A DNA stretch of 64,000 nucleotides from Tubiluchus corallicola (taxonomy: Eukaryota; Animalia; Priapulida), in contig JAQGDQ010000301.1 of assembly GCA_030141605.1 (NCBI GenBank), forward strand, positions 1 through 64,000, given 5' to 3'. The notes beneath the pieces were generated by a model, which saw only the letters and a program-made list of their open reading frames with translations, did not search any database and was not told where the DNA came from. Shown here one piece after another: positions 24,141-37,900 of this stretch; position 1 is the stretch's first letter, and each line of letters begins with the position of its first letter. Made by a program: the position numbers and the translations under genes.

Positions 24141-25499
24141 AGCTGCAACATACTTTGTTTTTGAGTTTGTGAAACTTCGCGGTTGTTCCAGGCATCGCTG
24201 TCACCCGCCGTTCTACATTGGTATAGAGTTTGCGTGTAAATATGTTGTGTTAGCCTATTATCATTTTGAGAAGCAACAAACGAAACTATGTAGAATGTCC
24301 GCACATTATTGATATTGGTAAACAGACTAATAGCATTTATTATGACACGTAGTTTTGACTTTGTGGAAAATGTTTTGAATGTTTTTTTCGTGATGCTCAG
24401 CTGTTGGTGCTGTTGCTGCAGGCGTCGTAATCGTTCCTGTTATCACCATCATCGTCATCAACATCATGATCACTGTGAGGGTCCCATAGGTCTCTGGTGC
24501 CTCACTCCAATACCTGCATCAGTTTGAACTATATTTGCCCTTTAAGGTTTGGTGTTTAGTTTAAAAGGTTTTCAAAATGTTTCTATTACAAACACAGAGG
24601 TAAAAACTTGTTTTGCTGTGACGAGATGGAGTGATAATAACTGCAGTTTGAATAAGAGGGAGAAGGTTTAAAAACATGCTCAATCACGTGAACAAACATT
24701 AGTTAAAGTAAACGCAAAGACACCTCTAAAATTCGTTATCTAATTGATTTAACTCCTTCACGACGACAAATATTTGTGAAGTTTTGACAATTTCGTACAA
24801 AGATGCCCTAATAGCTTCTGTCCTATGAGCTACAAGTGCAAAACTTTATATAGTCTGAAAGAGAAATAAATTACCTTTTAGCGCTGTAAATAAAAAATAG
24901 ATCTTTATAATTCAGTGGTGCAATTAAAGGATGATAATGAAAGTCTTTAGAACTTTCACAGAAGTTTCGTTTCAAAGCCTTCAAGTGATAGGCTCTTGTA
25001 CCTGAACCTGATCAACACATAAACTGTACAGCATTGTTTTCTGCACAAGAATTAACTTTGTAAAAAAACATCAAATCACGCCAAGCTTTGAAATTTAACA
25101 GCTGTACAAATGCGCGAAAGGGTTATGAAACTTGTGCTGGAATTTAACCTCTTGCTACATGTGGGTCTGCCCTTCCCTAGACGCAGCTGATAATAAGGAT
25201 GGGCAGGTGAGCTGCAGAAGTATCAGCGTACATTTCCAGCTAGAAGCTGAGCACATAATAGTGCACATTTACTTATTTGCTGGTTTATTCAAGTACTGAA
25301 TTTGTGTGCTAGAAATGAATATTGCAGTGGTTAAAAACCATCTGACAGGGTACTTATTGCTAGCATTACGATTGACGTCAAACATAGTGGTCTATTCCTC
25401 CACCTCTCTTTAATGTAAGCACGCGGACCCGCACTTTACGCTGGATAACAACTGTCTAAAAAACTAAACTAAAGTAAACTAAACAACATGACTGCCACA

Positions 25500-26700
25500 A
25501 CTAATGTCTAATAAACAGATAAACTGATTGCACTTTTTATAAACACAAATTTGCAAAGTCAGATGAATTATCATACAAAATAATTTCATTGACTTCAGTG
25601 TCAAATGCAAGAGCTAATCCATCGCTAATAAGGTTTTCAGAAAGGATATTAATCATATTATGCAACTGAAACATCAAATCTTTTTCAAAAAACTGTTCAA
25701 CGCTAGCTGTTACTTTCTGTGAATGCACGCCCAGGTGCAAGAAAACTTACCTTGACGTGTTAATAATAGCCTCAGCTAAAGAGTGGCATTGAAGCAAATC
25801 TTTTATCCATTGGTTTGCAAAAAATGTACAAACACTGAAAATGAAGAAAGCAACAGAACTTATTTCATTATATGATTTAGTTGTATATTGATCGTTACTT
25901 TTCCATATTTCATTGAAATTGAAGGCATGAAAGTTTAGCACATAAGGTTTTGTTCTTACCCGTGAGACGAGCAACTGAACTGTCACGAGTGACTAAGTTC
26001 TAGCTGCTCACATAGAGTCAGTTATTGCAAAATGCAAAAAGTCAATTTGGCAAAATGTAGAACATATGTACACAGCTGTTAAAAAATATTGTTTTGGGGG
26101 TGCTAAAATAAATTTAATTTTTAAAATTTTTGCTTGTCCAAGTAAACGAATAATTATTGTGCACCACGAGTGCCTATTTCAAGCTTACAGGAACAAACAG
26201 GTTTTGTATTTTTAGCCTTGCCATTTTTGTAAGAGTAAAATCTTCGTAGAGTATTCTTTTACAAGCTCCACAATAGTGCATACGTTCAGTAAGAAAAATT
26301 ATGAATCCATTTAATTTATTTTAATCTATCGTTGTTCCTAACTCTTATCTTGGCATCTTTTTTGAGGTTTGACGTATTTGCACAAGTGTTAATTTGTCCA
26401 AATACATTTCATTACTTCACAAACATGCAGAAAACTTTTCGTCCATGTTTAGTATTTCACAACAAACATAATTTACTGTGACTCTAAAGAGTTATTGTGT
26501 CAAACATTTGCAATAGCATTTGTTAAAACAATCATGGTTGTTACACACGAATCTGTGTTCGCACATTGGATTTGAGCTGTTTCGCACAAATGTTAAAATC
26601 TTTCATGTTTTTTTCTGTGTTTTAATAAACTTTTCCGCATTTTTAAAAATTTATTTTCTTGCTCTTGTTCTGGCACCTCTCTCTGTGGGCCTACAATGAT
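25500..26700 (-). mobile_element. Highly decayed DNA-transposase-like relic (possibly Academ-like)
   Basis: Broken peptides LLQCHSLAEAIINTSR..HLGVH..KDLMFQLHN resemble the SIAQDII..LGV..SK.LI..L region of large invertebrate transposases. Recalled similarity only. Confidence 0.3.
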
Positions 26701-26974
26701 AAGACATGATAATGATTTGACATGATAAGCACTCTTTTGGCAAAGGGGATTAAATTTTGTTAATTTCAGTTAATAATCTGTTAGTACCTAGTGGCACAGC
26801 TCATTTGAAGCATGTTGTTCATAGGAATAGCTATAACTTTCAATACTTCACATCATAAACATGATCCTGCTCGGGTCATTTGTGATTACAATCCGGTACT
26901 TTTAACTCAATTGAAGTATTTTGCAACTCTTTCAACGGTGATCCAGGGTGGTGATTTAATTTTAAAAAGTTTAT

Positions 26975-27310
26975 ATTCTGTAGACATTCTTGTCTGCGTT
27001 TACTTTTCATCTCTTCTTAGCATTAACTGGGGTTCCCGAAGTTAGCTAAACTAAAAACTTCTGCAGTCTATTGACATTCTTGTCCCTCTACTTGCTAAGC
27101 GTCTCTTCTTAACTCTTTCCGCATGAGTTCCAGGGAGGCGGTTTAACTGAACAAAAAGCTTCCGCAGACTATTGACATTCCTGTCTATATTTGCTAAGCA
27201 TCTTTCTTAACTCTTTCACCGGGAGTTCCAGGGTGGCAGCTTAACCAAACAATAAATCTTCTCCAGTCTATTGATAATATTCCAGGTGTTTCAGCTCATT
27301 CTTTCCAGTA
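26975..27310. repeat. Degenerate tandem repeat of ~85-105 bp, 3-4 units
   Basis: Recurring CAGTCTATTGACATTC..TTAACTCTTTC..GAGTTCCAGGG.GGC. Confidence 0.7.
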
Positions 27311-27949
27311 TTTAAACAATCAGGGTGTGACTAGTTTACTTAAGAATTCTAAAATCTGGTAAATTACTTTTCCACGGTTTAACACAAAGAAGTAAAGTGT
27401 TCATCGATGTTTTGAATCAAATATAGACGTATTAAATTTGAAAGTGCTTTTATTGGGCGATATTTTGAAAAATATTTTTGCAAACTTAATCACGAATCAG
27501 TGTCTATAAATCATACGTTCAAAACTCATTTCATGCGAGGTTTAACCATCATAAGAATGTATCCATGTGGCTTATTTGCTCAAATTGTTATTTGTCTACA
27601 ACTGCTATGGTGGGTTATAATTTGTCAATGTAGAAAACCGCGGCGTGCTTTTGTCTTGCTCGATTAGTTATCAAAGAATTTTAAAAAATGTAGGTATTTT
27701 GGAGTTTAAAGTTTCTCCTGTGCAGAAAGTGATACATACGCAATACTTATTGAGGCAATAATGATAAATGGTTATTGCTTTACACTTCTTTGTAGAAAAG
27801 ATTTTGTCAATTTTAATGGAATGTTATAGCGTAGGCTATTATTAATCTTGTCTGTTTTTGCTCTGCTTTATTTGCTTAACTCCTTCCCAGGTGTGGAAGG
27901 CAGCCTTTGAAATTCAAGTGTGTAAACACTCTGCTTTATCTGCTTAACT

Positions 27950-28750
27950 CTTTCCCAGGCACCCTAGCTGACTTACAAATTTTTAAAGTAAAATACTAAA
28001 GTTTTTCTAATCTTAACACAAACAATGATTCGCTTAAGATAAATATTGTTGCAACATAGATTTGAAAGCTTTTTGTGTTGAACAGTTTTGAAGGAATTGA
28101 CGAAATCTCTGAACTTGTTCAAAAGTTTCTTGAATAATGAATCCATGTTTACGCAATCAAATATTTCTTCTTTCACAAGATTTGAACTATAAACTTAATC
28201 GTTCAAGCAATGCTACGCAATAATTTGTTTCTGAAATTATAATATATTGAAAACATAATTATGATGTTGAAATAAAAGTGTCATAAAGCAAAGATTGTTA
28301 TGTGACGAAGTTTGGCTCATTATAAAGGGCAACCTTGTAAAATGAGCTACTGAACTGTCAGAAGAGACTAAGCTGCGTTATGCCAACTAGTGAATTGTCG
28401 TTTGAAACATCCTCCATCTACAAGGTAAACAGTCAGGATCGCATGGTAAATGAAGCCAACCATAAAACCAAAACCATGCTCAAAATCACAAGAATGAAAA
28501 CCACATATCACGAATCATTCATGCAAGACATAATTTGTAATGGCCATCAACTGGTCCACAATTTGTATACAAAAAATTCTGTTTGATAGTGTTATGGCCA
28601 TTCAAACTTATCTAGTCTCTGTGCAGACCAAAGATTTGTATGTTATAGAACTATCATTAGATCTATTAAATGTAAAAGAACGACGTATAATCGTACTGAT
28701 CACACAGTCCATTTCTTCTAGGTTTACTTGACACTTGCCACATAAACCCA
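27950..28750 (-). mobile_element. Second decayed transposase-like fragment
   Basis: Across frameshifts LHLIDL..CIQIVDQL..VICGFH, resembling the IDL...DQ...GxFH core of Academ-like transposases. Confidence 0.3.
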
Positions 28751-28974
28751 AATTGAATAAAATAGAGGCTAATTAGGAAATAGAGAGTAGCTTATATAAT
28801 CTACTTGTGTACCGGTCAGTAAGGGAGAATGTAGAACAGGTATACATGATAGCAAAGGTAACGAATTTTTCTTTTAAACACAATGTCTTCAGGTTAGGAC
28901 AATGTCTTCATAGTAATAATTATTATGTTTGATAATTAGCTATACTAGAGTTCTATAATAATCCCGAGATTTAG

Positions 28975-29470
28975 TATTAAGCATGGTAATTAAGCATGGT
29001 AGTTGCGATAGTTAGCGAAAAAGTGTGATTTCACAGAAAATAAGTAAATAAGTGAGATTGCATAAAAATATGTGCAGTTGTGCATAAAATAAGTAAATAA
29101 GTATAGTTGCACAGAATGTAAGTAATTAAGCGTGGTAGTTTTGATAGTTAGCGAAAAAGTGCATTTCACAGAAAACAAGTAAATAATTGGAGTTGCACAC
29201 AATGTAAGTAATTAAGCGCGGTAGTTGTGGTTGTCAGCAAGAAAATGCGATTTTGCAGAAAATAAGTAAATAAGTGCGATTGCATAAAAATATGTGTGGT
29301 TGTGCATAAAATTCGTAATTAAGTGTAGTTGTGCAAAAAATAAGTAATTAAGTGCGGTTTTGCAGAATGTAAGTAATTAAGCGCGGTAGTTTCAATAATT
29401 ATCGAAAAAGTGCGATTTCCCAGAAAATAAATAAATAAGTGCAATTGCGTAAAAAATATGTGCGGTTGGG
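28975..29470. repeat. Degenerate minisatellite built from GTAATTAAGCG.GGTAGTT / GCGAAAAAGTG / AATAAGTAAATAAGTG subunits
   Basis: Directly visible recurring subunits, 4-5 cycles. Confidence 0.8.
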
Positions 29471-29624
29471 GATACAATATGAAATACATATTAGAAAAAA
29501 TACAGTTGATCCAATGCCACCGTCTGATAGCACTGTTTCTATCTTTTCTTTATATAAGATTAGTCTAACACTTTTGTTATTTCTAAAACAGCTTTACTCC
29601 ATATTAAGGAATAACATCAGCAGA

Positions 29625-30368
29625 GCTGTGTCACTAAAAATTGTCACACTAGCATTATAGTTATGCTTCAGTGAGTTTACAAATTCGTTAATTCTTCTAG
29701 CAGAATGAAGTTACTTTATCGGACTTATTTTACAAGAAAAGACTTTCGTTACCAAGGCCCTCACTTTTGCAGCTTGTATTACTGACAATGTTTTTAATTA
29801 ATGCTACAAGAATTTTCACAGTATGCGGTGGGTCTACTTTTGTGCAATGATAGCACATCTACAACAATATACTATATTGGAACTATAACTTTCGACGGTA
29901 GTAAAATATCATCAGCAGAGCTGCACTAGTTCAATGTTTTCACTCGGGAGAGGGGTACGTGCAGTTCATTGGCGTTTCTCGTGAGATACAAAACTGTTAC
30001 TTGGCTAAAAATATTTCACCAAGTTGTTGACAGGTTAGGCAACTATAAAAAATGTTTAACTTGATTTTCTTGATATTCCCCCTTTAAGTGGTTTTGCAAG
30101 ATCCTTAACTACAAGAGGTGTTTTACCATATTCTCCCTATCCGGGCAAAAACCAGCTAACATTGGGGAAACAGCACTAACATTTTCTGCACACACCCATC
30201 CATTTAGTTGCAAGTTTCGGTAGTGCATAACTGTTATTGCTATCTATTCTTTACGTCACGGCGTTCTCAAGCTATTCCATTATTTTCAAAAAGTGAAATG
30301 CGTGTTTGCCTGTGTGCAGAATTTCCTTTGTCTGTGTGGGTTTAGAATTTCGTTTAGCAAGGCAGGGT
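29625..30368. repeat. Dispersed ~740-bp duplication, copy 1 (copy 2 at ~41497-42250)
   Basis: Collinear high identity from GTCACTAAAAATTGTCACACTAGC to GAATTTCGTTTAG. Confidence 0.9.
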
Positions 30369-31159
30369 TTTTGTTGTTATGATAATAAAGGGTAATGTTT
30401 GTTGTTGGTCAAGACAGAGAAATTCTTAAAGAAGTGCTTAGTCATTTGAAGAAATTTAAATTCTGCTATTGATTTTAGGCATGGATGGATGAAATGGAAT
30501 TTGTGAAGTAAAGAAAAATATTTTCACACACTTGAGATTCTTATTCAAATTAAAGAAACTTAAACACCTGGCCAGGAAAATACGCCAGGGAAAAGCTTAT
30601 GGAAGAATTGAATTGCGCATTCAATAAATGGTATTGAAAATAACTCAAAGTTATTTTTATTCCTAAATATATTTCATATTTTATAATTGAGTTTAAAATG
30701 GATTCCTGCACATTCTGACGTATGGAAAAATATTTTTCTACATTCTATAATTTATAATTCTGAACCGATAAAATATTTTTGAAACATGTGTTATTTCAAG
30801 TTATTTTTTATCAGTTTAAACGTGTATGAATACCTTTCTTACCATTTTTAAGAAAAGAAAAATTGTTTGATCCATTTCAAGATTCTTGTCCTAGGAAGTG
30901 TCACCTTCTGCACCAAGCAAAAGAGAGGAAATCCAAAAAATGTCAGAAACTACAGGAATTGTTATCAAATAACTAAAACACAAACAAGGAAAATATTTCG
31001 GTTATCATACTTATTCTTCTATAAATTTCTCGTATTGGGTGAGAAGAAGTGAATAAATGCAGTGTATAAATAATAAATCCAATGCGTATTATAAATGGAC
31101 TAATGAGACTACTGAGAAAAGAAACTCTAACGCAATTTTTTCAATTTTTGCTCCAATTC

Positions 31160-32045
31160 CATATCACACCACCCGCGCCATACCAGCTGCACCATGTCTG
31201 CAGCAGCATGCTGAACCCACCACACCACATGCACTACGACATTCAACATTCAACCCACCACACAACACCACCACCTGCAGGACAGAACGCCACCTACCCA
31301 CAATTCACCACACCACACCATCCACGGCCTGCTCACTACATCCACTATGTCATAACGTACCACACCAAACCAATGTCGTGATCATAATGATGACGACGGT
31401 GATTTTTGGTTATAACAATTACGATGGTGGCACCTACAATACCAACACGGGCAGCACAGCAGTATTTCGAAACCAGTTTGTCCAATGTTTAAATTGCTTG
31501 ACATGGCAAACGCTAAAAGATCGAATCACCAATGATCAATATAATGGGTATTCTACATATTTGCTAACTGTTTCTTTTAATCGTACTACAATTGTAATGC
31601 TTCATTATAACAGCTACTAGCAGCTTCTATTGAAGCAGAATTATAGGCAGAGTGCCATGGAATGACGTCAGAACACTGGCTTTTTCAGTCGATGCATATC
31701 CCCTTTCCTCTTCTTCCCAAAGAGCTATTATATGCCATTCCAAAGCTGGGTCAGAGAAAACTCCCGCTAAACTGCTCATGGCATTCCCAGGAATTTTCCT
31801 ATAATACACACCGTTGGAAGGGCTATAAATCCGTTACCAACACCGTTTCAAGACCGTTTCCGTTCTCTAGAAATAAGAGATATGAATTTCGCAAAAAATG
31901 GAGCTAAAAGGCCATTCTCGAGGTTTTTGCTCCTGTTCCTCCAGCTGTGCGCGCGCATTAATGTAAATCATTAATAAAATGACACTAGATCCAGACCTTT
32001 ATACAAGGCATGTAACAAATTACAAAAATTAATTATAAGACTAAT
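31160..32045 (-). mobile_element. Old diverged copy of the composite CACCA-bearing Helitron
   Basis: CACCA-rich tract, GTGATCATAATGATGACG, ATGACGTCAGAACA, CCGTTCTCTA and GACACTAGAT..AGACCTTT, in the same order as in 51289-52850. Confidence 0.6.
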
Positions 32046-32404
32046 CAAACACAATCAAAAATTTAAAACGTGCTGCAGTACGATTCTCTTTGTTTTTGCC
32101 AAAAGTTTGCGATTATTTTAGCTGGTCCAGTTAAAGGAGCAGAATATCTTCAGGAAAACGTAAATTTTGGAAATCGTGTGGAAACGAAAAACGAAAATTT
32201 TGAGAAAGAAACAGCGAGAAACTTTTATGTACAAAAGTAGCTGCAGTAGAGAACTGAAAGGAAAGCTTTGAAATGATTTACCAAAAATTAATAGCTGAAG
32301 TGTCATATGACTTTTTAAAGCAAATTGCAAGATGTTAAGGTTGAAAATGTCCAGGAAAGCGGCTCAATTAGCAGGAATGCTGTATGCAGTGACACAGACA
32401 ATGA

Positions 32405-33403
32405 CAGTATAAGCCTAATTCCAACGAACTGAATTACTTTGCTCAAAATCAGTTGGAGGCAGGAGTGCCATTTGTAGATTTGGCAAAGGTTATTCACGAC
32501 TTTTATTCGGAGGAAAAATGTGATGAGGCGAAAGTGGTGCTTATTGGTCTTATACCGCGCGACAATACAGACAATCCAGAATTCGTGAAGAACAGAATCA
32601 GAATCGGTTCATCCAAAAAGGCAAATGTGTGCAATGACATACTGAAGCTATTGCAATACGGCCCTATAATAAATGCTGCGCCTGCACCGAGATTTGCGGC
32701 CGCTTTCTCTCAAAACATCCCGCCAATGAGTCTGAAATCAATGGATACATCAGTATTGTTAAAACAACTTCAAACTGTGCAGCAGGACCTAGCGGTATTG
32801 AAAGATAAATTCATAACGAAGGAGGACTTAAATGAAATCTTAGACGCACGTTTTGCTAGCTCTAACATTGCCATAGCAAAGCAGAAGAGCTATTCTTCAG
32901 TAGTCCAGTCAGCAGGTGTGTTATCTTCCTCTTCAGAGACTATCCCACATAAGCCACCTACCACAAAGACGGTGATGCTGGGTGATTCAGATAAGGATAG
33001 TGATGGCTTCACTAAAGTCGTACGTTCTGGTAAACGCCCCAGACTTCCTTCAACAAAGCCAGCATCTAAGCGGGTTATAACTGGTACTGCAACCAACAGT
33101 GAGGTAAAATCCAGCAAGCCGTTACGACAGTTGTTCGTTACGCGACTGGATCCGGACACTAACATTGGTGACATAGAATGGTTAATTATAGACCAATGCG
33201 ACATTAAGGTGACTGTAAAACAGCTGCAGACGAAGTACAATACGTATAGTTCATTTGTGGTTAGCTGCTTCGGTAACGAAGAGAAGAAGCAGATAATGAA
33301 TCCGGGGATCTGGCCAGCTGGGGTGCTACTGAATACGTATTACACTGCAAAAACGCTTCACCAAAGAAATATAGTAAGACAGCAACATCTACTGGCGACA
33401 TGA
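32405..33403 (+). mobile_element. LINE ORF1 (CR1/L2-group type with C-terminal RRM-like domain)
   Basis: Frame open from 32405: NELNYFAQN..FYSEEKCDEAK..DILKLL..PRFAA..IPP..DTSVLLKQL, coiled coil, then LFVTRLDPDT..YSSFVV..IWPAGVLL. No in-frame ATG at the start. Confidence 0.8.
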
Positions 33404-33564
33404 GACAAACACCCGGATTGAACGAGCCTATCAGTACTGCAACATTGCATGTGAACTCGGCTTTAGAACAGTCAAAAATGCAGTCCTGGGGTTGTACGAG
33501 TTCCATAGCTTCCAATGTGGACCGAATTTAATCTGCAGTATAAACCATCTAACAATAGAACAAA

Positions 33565-33825
33565 CTATTCGAGTGGCCAGCTACAATTGCAACTCTATTA
33601 CGTATTATCTCAGTACGTTCTGCATGAACTATGTACAATTTGTGACGTAATTTGCCTTCAAGAGACAATGCTGCCTAAGCAAGAACTGGATTATCTGTCA
33701 TATTTCCATTAAAATTTCTATAGTCGTGGTGTATCACCTACTGATCTATCTGCTGGAATGCCCGAGGGAAGGCCACAAGGCGGACTGGGTATCTTGTGGA
33801 GGAAGGATCTTCCCGTGTGTAATGC
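33565..33825 (+). mobile_element. Start of LINE ORF2, APE-type endonuclease, broken and 3'-truncated
   Basis: IRVASYNCNS..CDVICLQET..GRPQGGLGILWRK, with a frameshift and a stop; it ends abruptly at ~33825. Confidence 0.8.
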
Positions 33826-33869
33826 AGATTATGATCTTTGCTTGTATATTTCTCAGTCAATTTACATTC

Positions 33870-34910
33870 CAAAAATGAAAGGGTAAAAGGTAAATAAACA
33901 CTGTGTGGAACATCAGCACATCACTGTTTTTAAATCTTTTTGCTAACCTGTATCATACTAATACACATACAGTTTTGTATGTTTGCTTGTTTATCTTTGT
34001 GTAAATTTTTTAGCCAAAATAAGCAGATGAATAAGTTTAGAATTGTCCAGCTCTGGCAGAGATTTGTTTCCTATGAGCTCATTCTAGTTTTATTATAGAA
34101 ATCAATTGCATTCATGTAACATTTTTATCTGCACCATTTTTGTTGTACTGAGCTTTATCTGCAATTGTAGTTGTTATAGTCATTGTCATTGCTGCTTTTG
34201 ATGTTGCTGCGCTGTTGTTATTATAGTAAAACAAATACAAGGTCAGGCTAAGTGTGACTATGTTGTAAATATAATTCATGTACTCAAATTTGTGTCACAA
34301 CTTTCACACATATGTTTAAGCATTTCTTTGCTACATGGTTGTTATTGATAGTAACAAATAAACAATGATAGTGCAGGAAAATCTGCTCTCACTAAGCAGC
34401 GATTACGCTATATTGTAGCTGTTACATTAGTTTCAGTTTTGTACAGTAGATGGCAGCCTGACATTGCCCGATATTATTCAGATTAATTGGAGCAGTTATA
34501 TGATTACAAATCTTACATCTAGGCTGCACAAAAATTTTCATTTTAAATACGTAATACTAAATCTACCTACTATCATTTAGCGACTACTGTTTGTTTATTA
34601 TTATTTTTTTCTAAGGCAACATATTGTAGGTGATGTGCTAGTTGTGGCTTTGTACAATAGATGGCTCACTGATATTACCCAAAGCTGTTCAGCCAATTGG
34701 AGCATCGACTATTGCTAGACACGCATGCTGTCAATCGCTCTTACCCACGAGCTCTCATGTGCAACGTTGCTATCATGCACGCATCGCTAAACTCACTGCT
34801 CTAGCACGTGTGAGAGTGCACCATGTCTCTGCCATGCTCTGCTCTACACAGACCCACATGAACATGTTTGGGTAAAATATTTTCACCATCCAGTGTACGT
34901 ACATTACTAA
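33870..34910. repeat. Dispersed ~1-kb duplication, copy 1 (copy 2 at ~39270-40280)
   Basis: Collinear blocks such as CAAGGTCAGGCTAAGTGTGACTA, AAGCATTTCTTTG.TACATGGT and GGAGCAGTTATATGATTACAAATC. Confidence 0.85.
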
Positions 34911-37900
34911 TAATAAAGTCTGCCTAATGAAAACTTAAATTAATTCCAATCTTTGTCAAAGTATCATGTACTTAAATAACGCTAAGATTCAATGTATTTG
35001 CAGCATTTATTGAAAACAACTAGTCAAATTCAAATCAACGAAAGCAATGCAGACAAAAATTATTTACACAAAGGTATCTTGCATAGACTTATTTGCCACT
35101 GATGTCGAGTGACAATAACCAGATGAACCAAATTTAAACATACAACTTAATAGTTTTGCTATTATTGACTTTCTACCAGATAATTTTGTATGATTTTATG
35201 TTATACATAGGATGCTTGCGTGCAATAACTACAGCTATTACGAAAAAAAGCCAACAACATCAGGACAGCGCCATTCAAAATAGGTCACGTAAGACCTATT
35301 AGCTATACCTTTTCTGCATATGTGTTTCTATATGCTACATAGCTATATTAGCTATATTGTTTGATAATAACAAAAACAGCTCACTATGGCAAAAATCTAC
35401 GAAGAAATGTGCATACTCTATGTAACGAAGATCATAAAACTGATGATGAGCTAGTGTTTTTCATTTATCAAAAAAAATGTTCTTATTTGCAAACTGCATA
35501 AAAATGCCGAGTATCTTCTTAGTCATATTTAGACATATTTATTTTATTATTCACTTCAGCAATGCAAAGTTTACAATATAATTCACGCTGTTATTTCGGA
35601 ACGATTATGTACTCACAATAATTGTTCATCTAACCAAAAATAGTGCTGCATGGTTGTTAGGAACCTTAGGAACCTTTATCAAGTTTGTTGTACTTGTCTT
35701 CTTGACTAGAGATTCTATTGCGTGATTCATTGCTTTAAATTTCAAGCTGAACAACTCCTATTCGTTGCTGCTTTTAACTGAAGTTAAAATAATTCAAAAT
35801 TAATGATAAACCGAGTAACTTGAAATGGTAATTGACATTAACAGGCATTATGGAACTTATCAAATCAATTAAGGTTGTCGGATAAAAAAAGCTTAAGCAT
35901 TGTACAGCAGTTCCGTCTGAGAGCACTGGGAATAGAGCTTTGTTATTAAACCACAGGTGTGTTATTTTTGTTAGAAGTTTATGCTTGGAATAATATGACG
36001 CCCTGGGAGACATGCAATAAGGTGTTTTGTTAAGATTGAAAGGCTTTTCTCTTTTGCGATTTGAAAGCTTTTAAAAGTGTTTGTATAGCAAACGTTGGGT
36101 AAAAGCTTTTCTTGTGATAATAAAGGGTGAGACTGCTTAATAATAATTGCTGTTTGGATAAAATGGAGAAAGCTTTAAGTGCTTAGGAACGTTAACAAAA
36201 GACTCTTTACATTCTGTTTTATTCATTATTGATTTTGAACAGGGTTAAAGTAAAGAATAATATTTTCCCACATTTTAACATCTAATGTAAATTAGCCACA
36301 CCCGAACACCTGGGAATGACGTTAGAGTTAAGAAAAAAAAGCAGAACAATTTCAAAGCCTGCATTGTGCACCTGGAAAAGATTTAAGAAAATATAGCAAA
36401 GAGATTACATCCTTAAACTACAAAGCCTGCATTCCACATATTTAAGAAAACGTTGCAGAATGTTTACATACTTAAATTTCAAAGCTTGAATTCCGCTCCT
36501 AGGAAAGGTAAAATAAAAAAGAGCAAACACAGACAAGGTTAATAGTAATGTACGACATTATTCTAAATTTACACGAACGTTCCTACAAAGAAGTGAGGAA
36601 CAATAGCCACTTCTGATTAATGCATTTCATTACTGATTAAAAAATACATTCTTTTAAATGTAATTAATTCTCGATCACCAATTTAGCAATACGCAAAGCA
36701 TTGATGCTTTTACATTCAGGTCTGCTGAGGAAAATCGTATTTTTTGTTATTTCCATTGTACATCAAGTTTATACTAATATAGCAGCTTGGGAAATTATAT
36801 TCACAACTAAAATTCAGTTTCAGTTCTTGCCTTTTAAAGCTTTTTAAAGAATTCGTTCTGCTAACATATGGTGAAAAACCTCTTTTGCTATGATAATAAA
36901 GGAGAGGCTGTGTAATAATAATAGCTATTTAGATAAGAGGTGAGGAATTTTAAGTGCTCTACCACTTGAGCAAACACGGTTCAATATGAAAGAGTAATTT
37001 TCTGAAGTAAATTGTTTGATGAAGACAAAAAATTCTTGTAACATCAAACCGTACCACCAAAGCTGTTATTTTTAAAACTCAATGAAAATAGTTCATTTTT
37101 GTCTGCTCTTTTCTATGAATAGTCTAGATTTTGTGTTAAATTTTATTGTTTACTTTGAATTTGACATTGTCTTTTACTATTTGGAGAACTTCGCCACAGT
37201 TTTAGGTCTCTTTGATGGGATGTTTTGAATTTGTAAAAATAAATTTTAAGAAATTGTTGCATACTGTTGTGTAAAAATCAATGATAGGATTATCACAGGA
37301 TTAGGATAGGACTAGCATGCAGCACAGATATTAAGGAATGACTTACCAATTCATGCACGTAAAATCAGGAAATTTCAAAAATTCCAATCATTTTTTAAAA
37401 CTTAGTTTTACAAAGAAGTTCTTTTTTTCAAATTAAGTGAAAAAAACAAATGAGTTGTTAATTGATTAGAGATATATCAAGGAAAAAAATCATTGTTTGA
37501 ACTGGCTTTTTTGAAAGAAAAATTTACTGTTAAATGCTCCAAGTTTTGGGAATTGTGTAGAAACAGAAAAGGAAAATTTCAGAAAGAAACCCAATAGTTT
37601 AAACAAGTCGACTCAGGTGTGTGCAGGCAAACTGGTACAGTCATCATCACACCTGTCATTATTTGCCATTAAAAAGCACATGTTGTTTTAAATTTAACAA
37701 AGCCTAGAAAACAGTGAAGACACTACAAAACTGGTGACATGTTGCCTCTTGAGCGACATTATGCAGGGGAAAGTAAAAAACTGATATTACAAAACAAAAA
37801 GTCAAGTGCTAGCAGGTAGACCTGACAAAAAAATTTGATAAAAAACTAATCATTTAAATTTGTTTGCTCGCTCATCTAGTTGCAAGGTTCTGTGGTGCAT

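Noticed and set aside
30030-30170. Possible 5'-PSB exon of the sulfotransferase (RC.LPY...GQ-like)
   Set aside because: Needs several frameshifts, lacks KxGTT, and the duplicate at ~41910-42050 does not keep a frame.
31057-31620. 187-aa ORF
   Set aside because: Overlaps a diverged CACCA Helitron copy; no domain recognisable.
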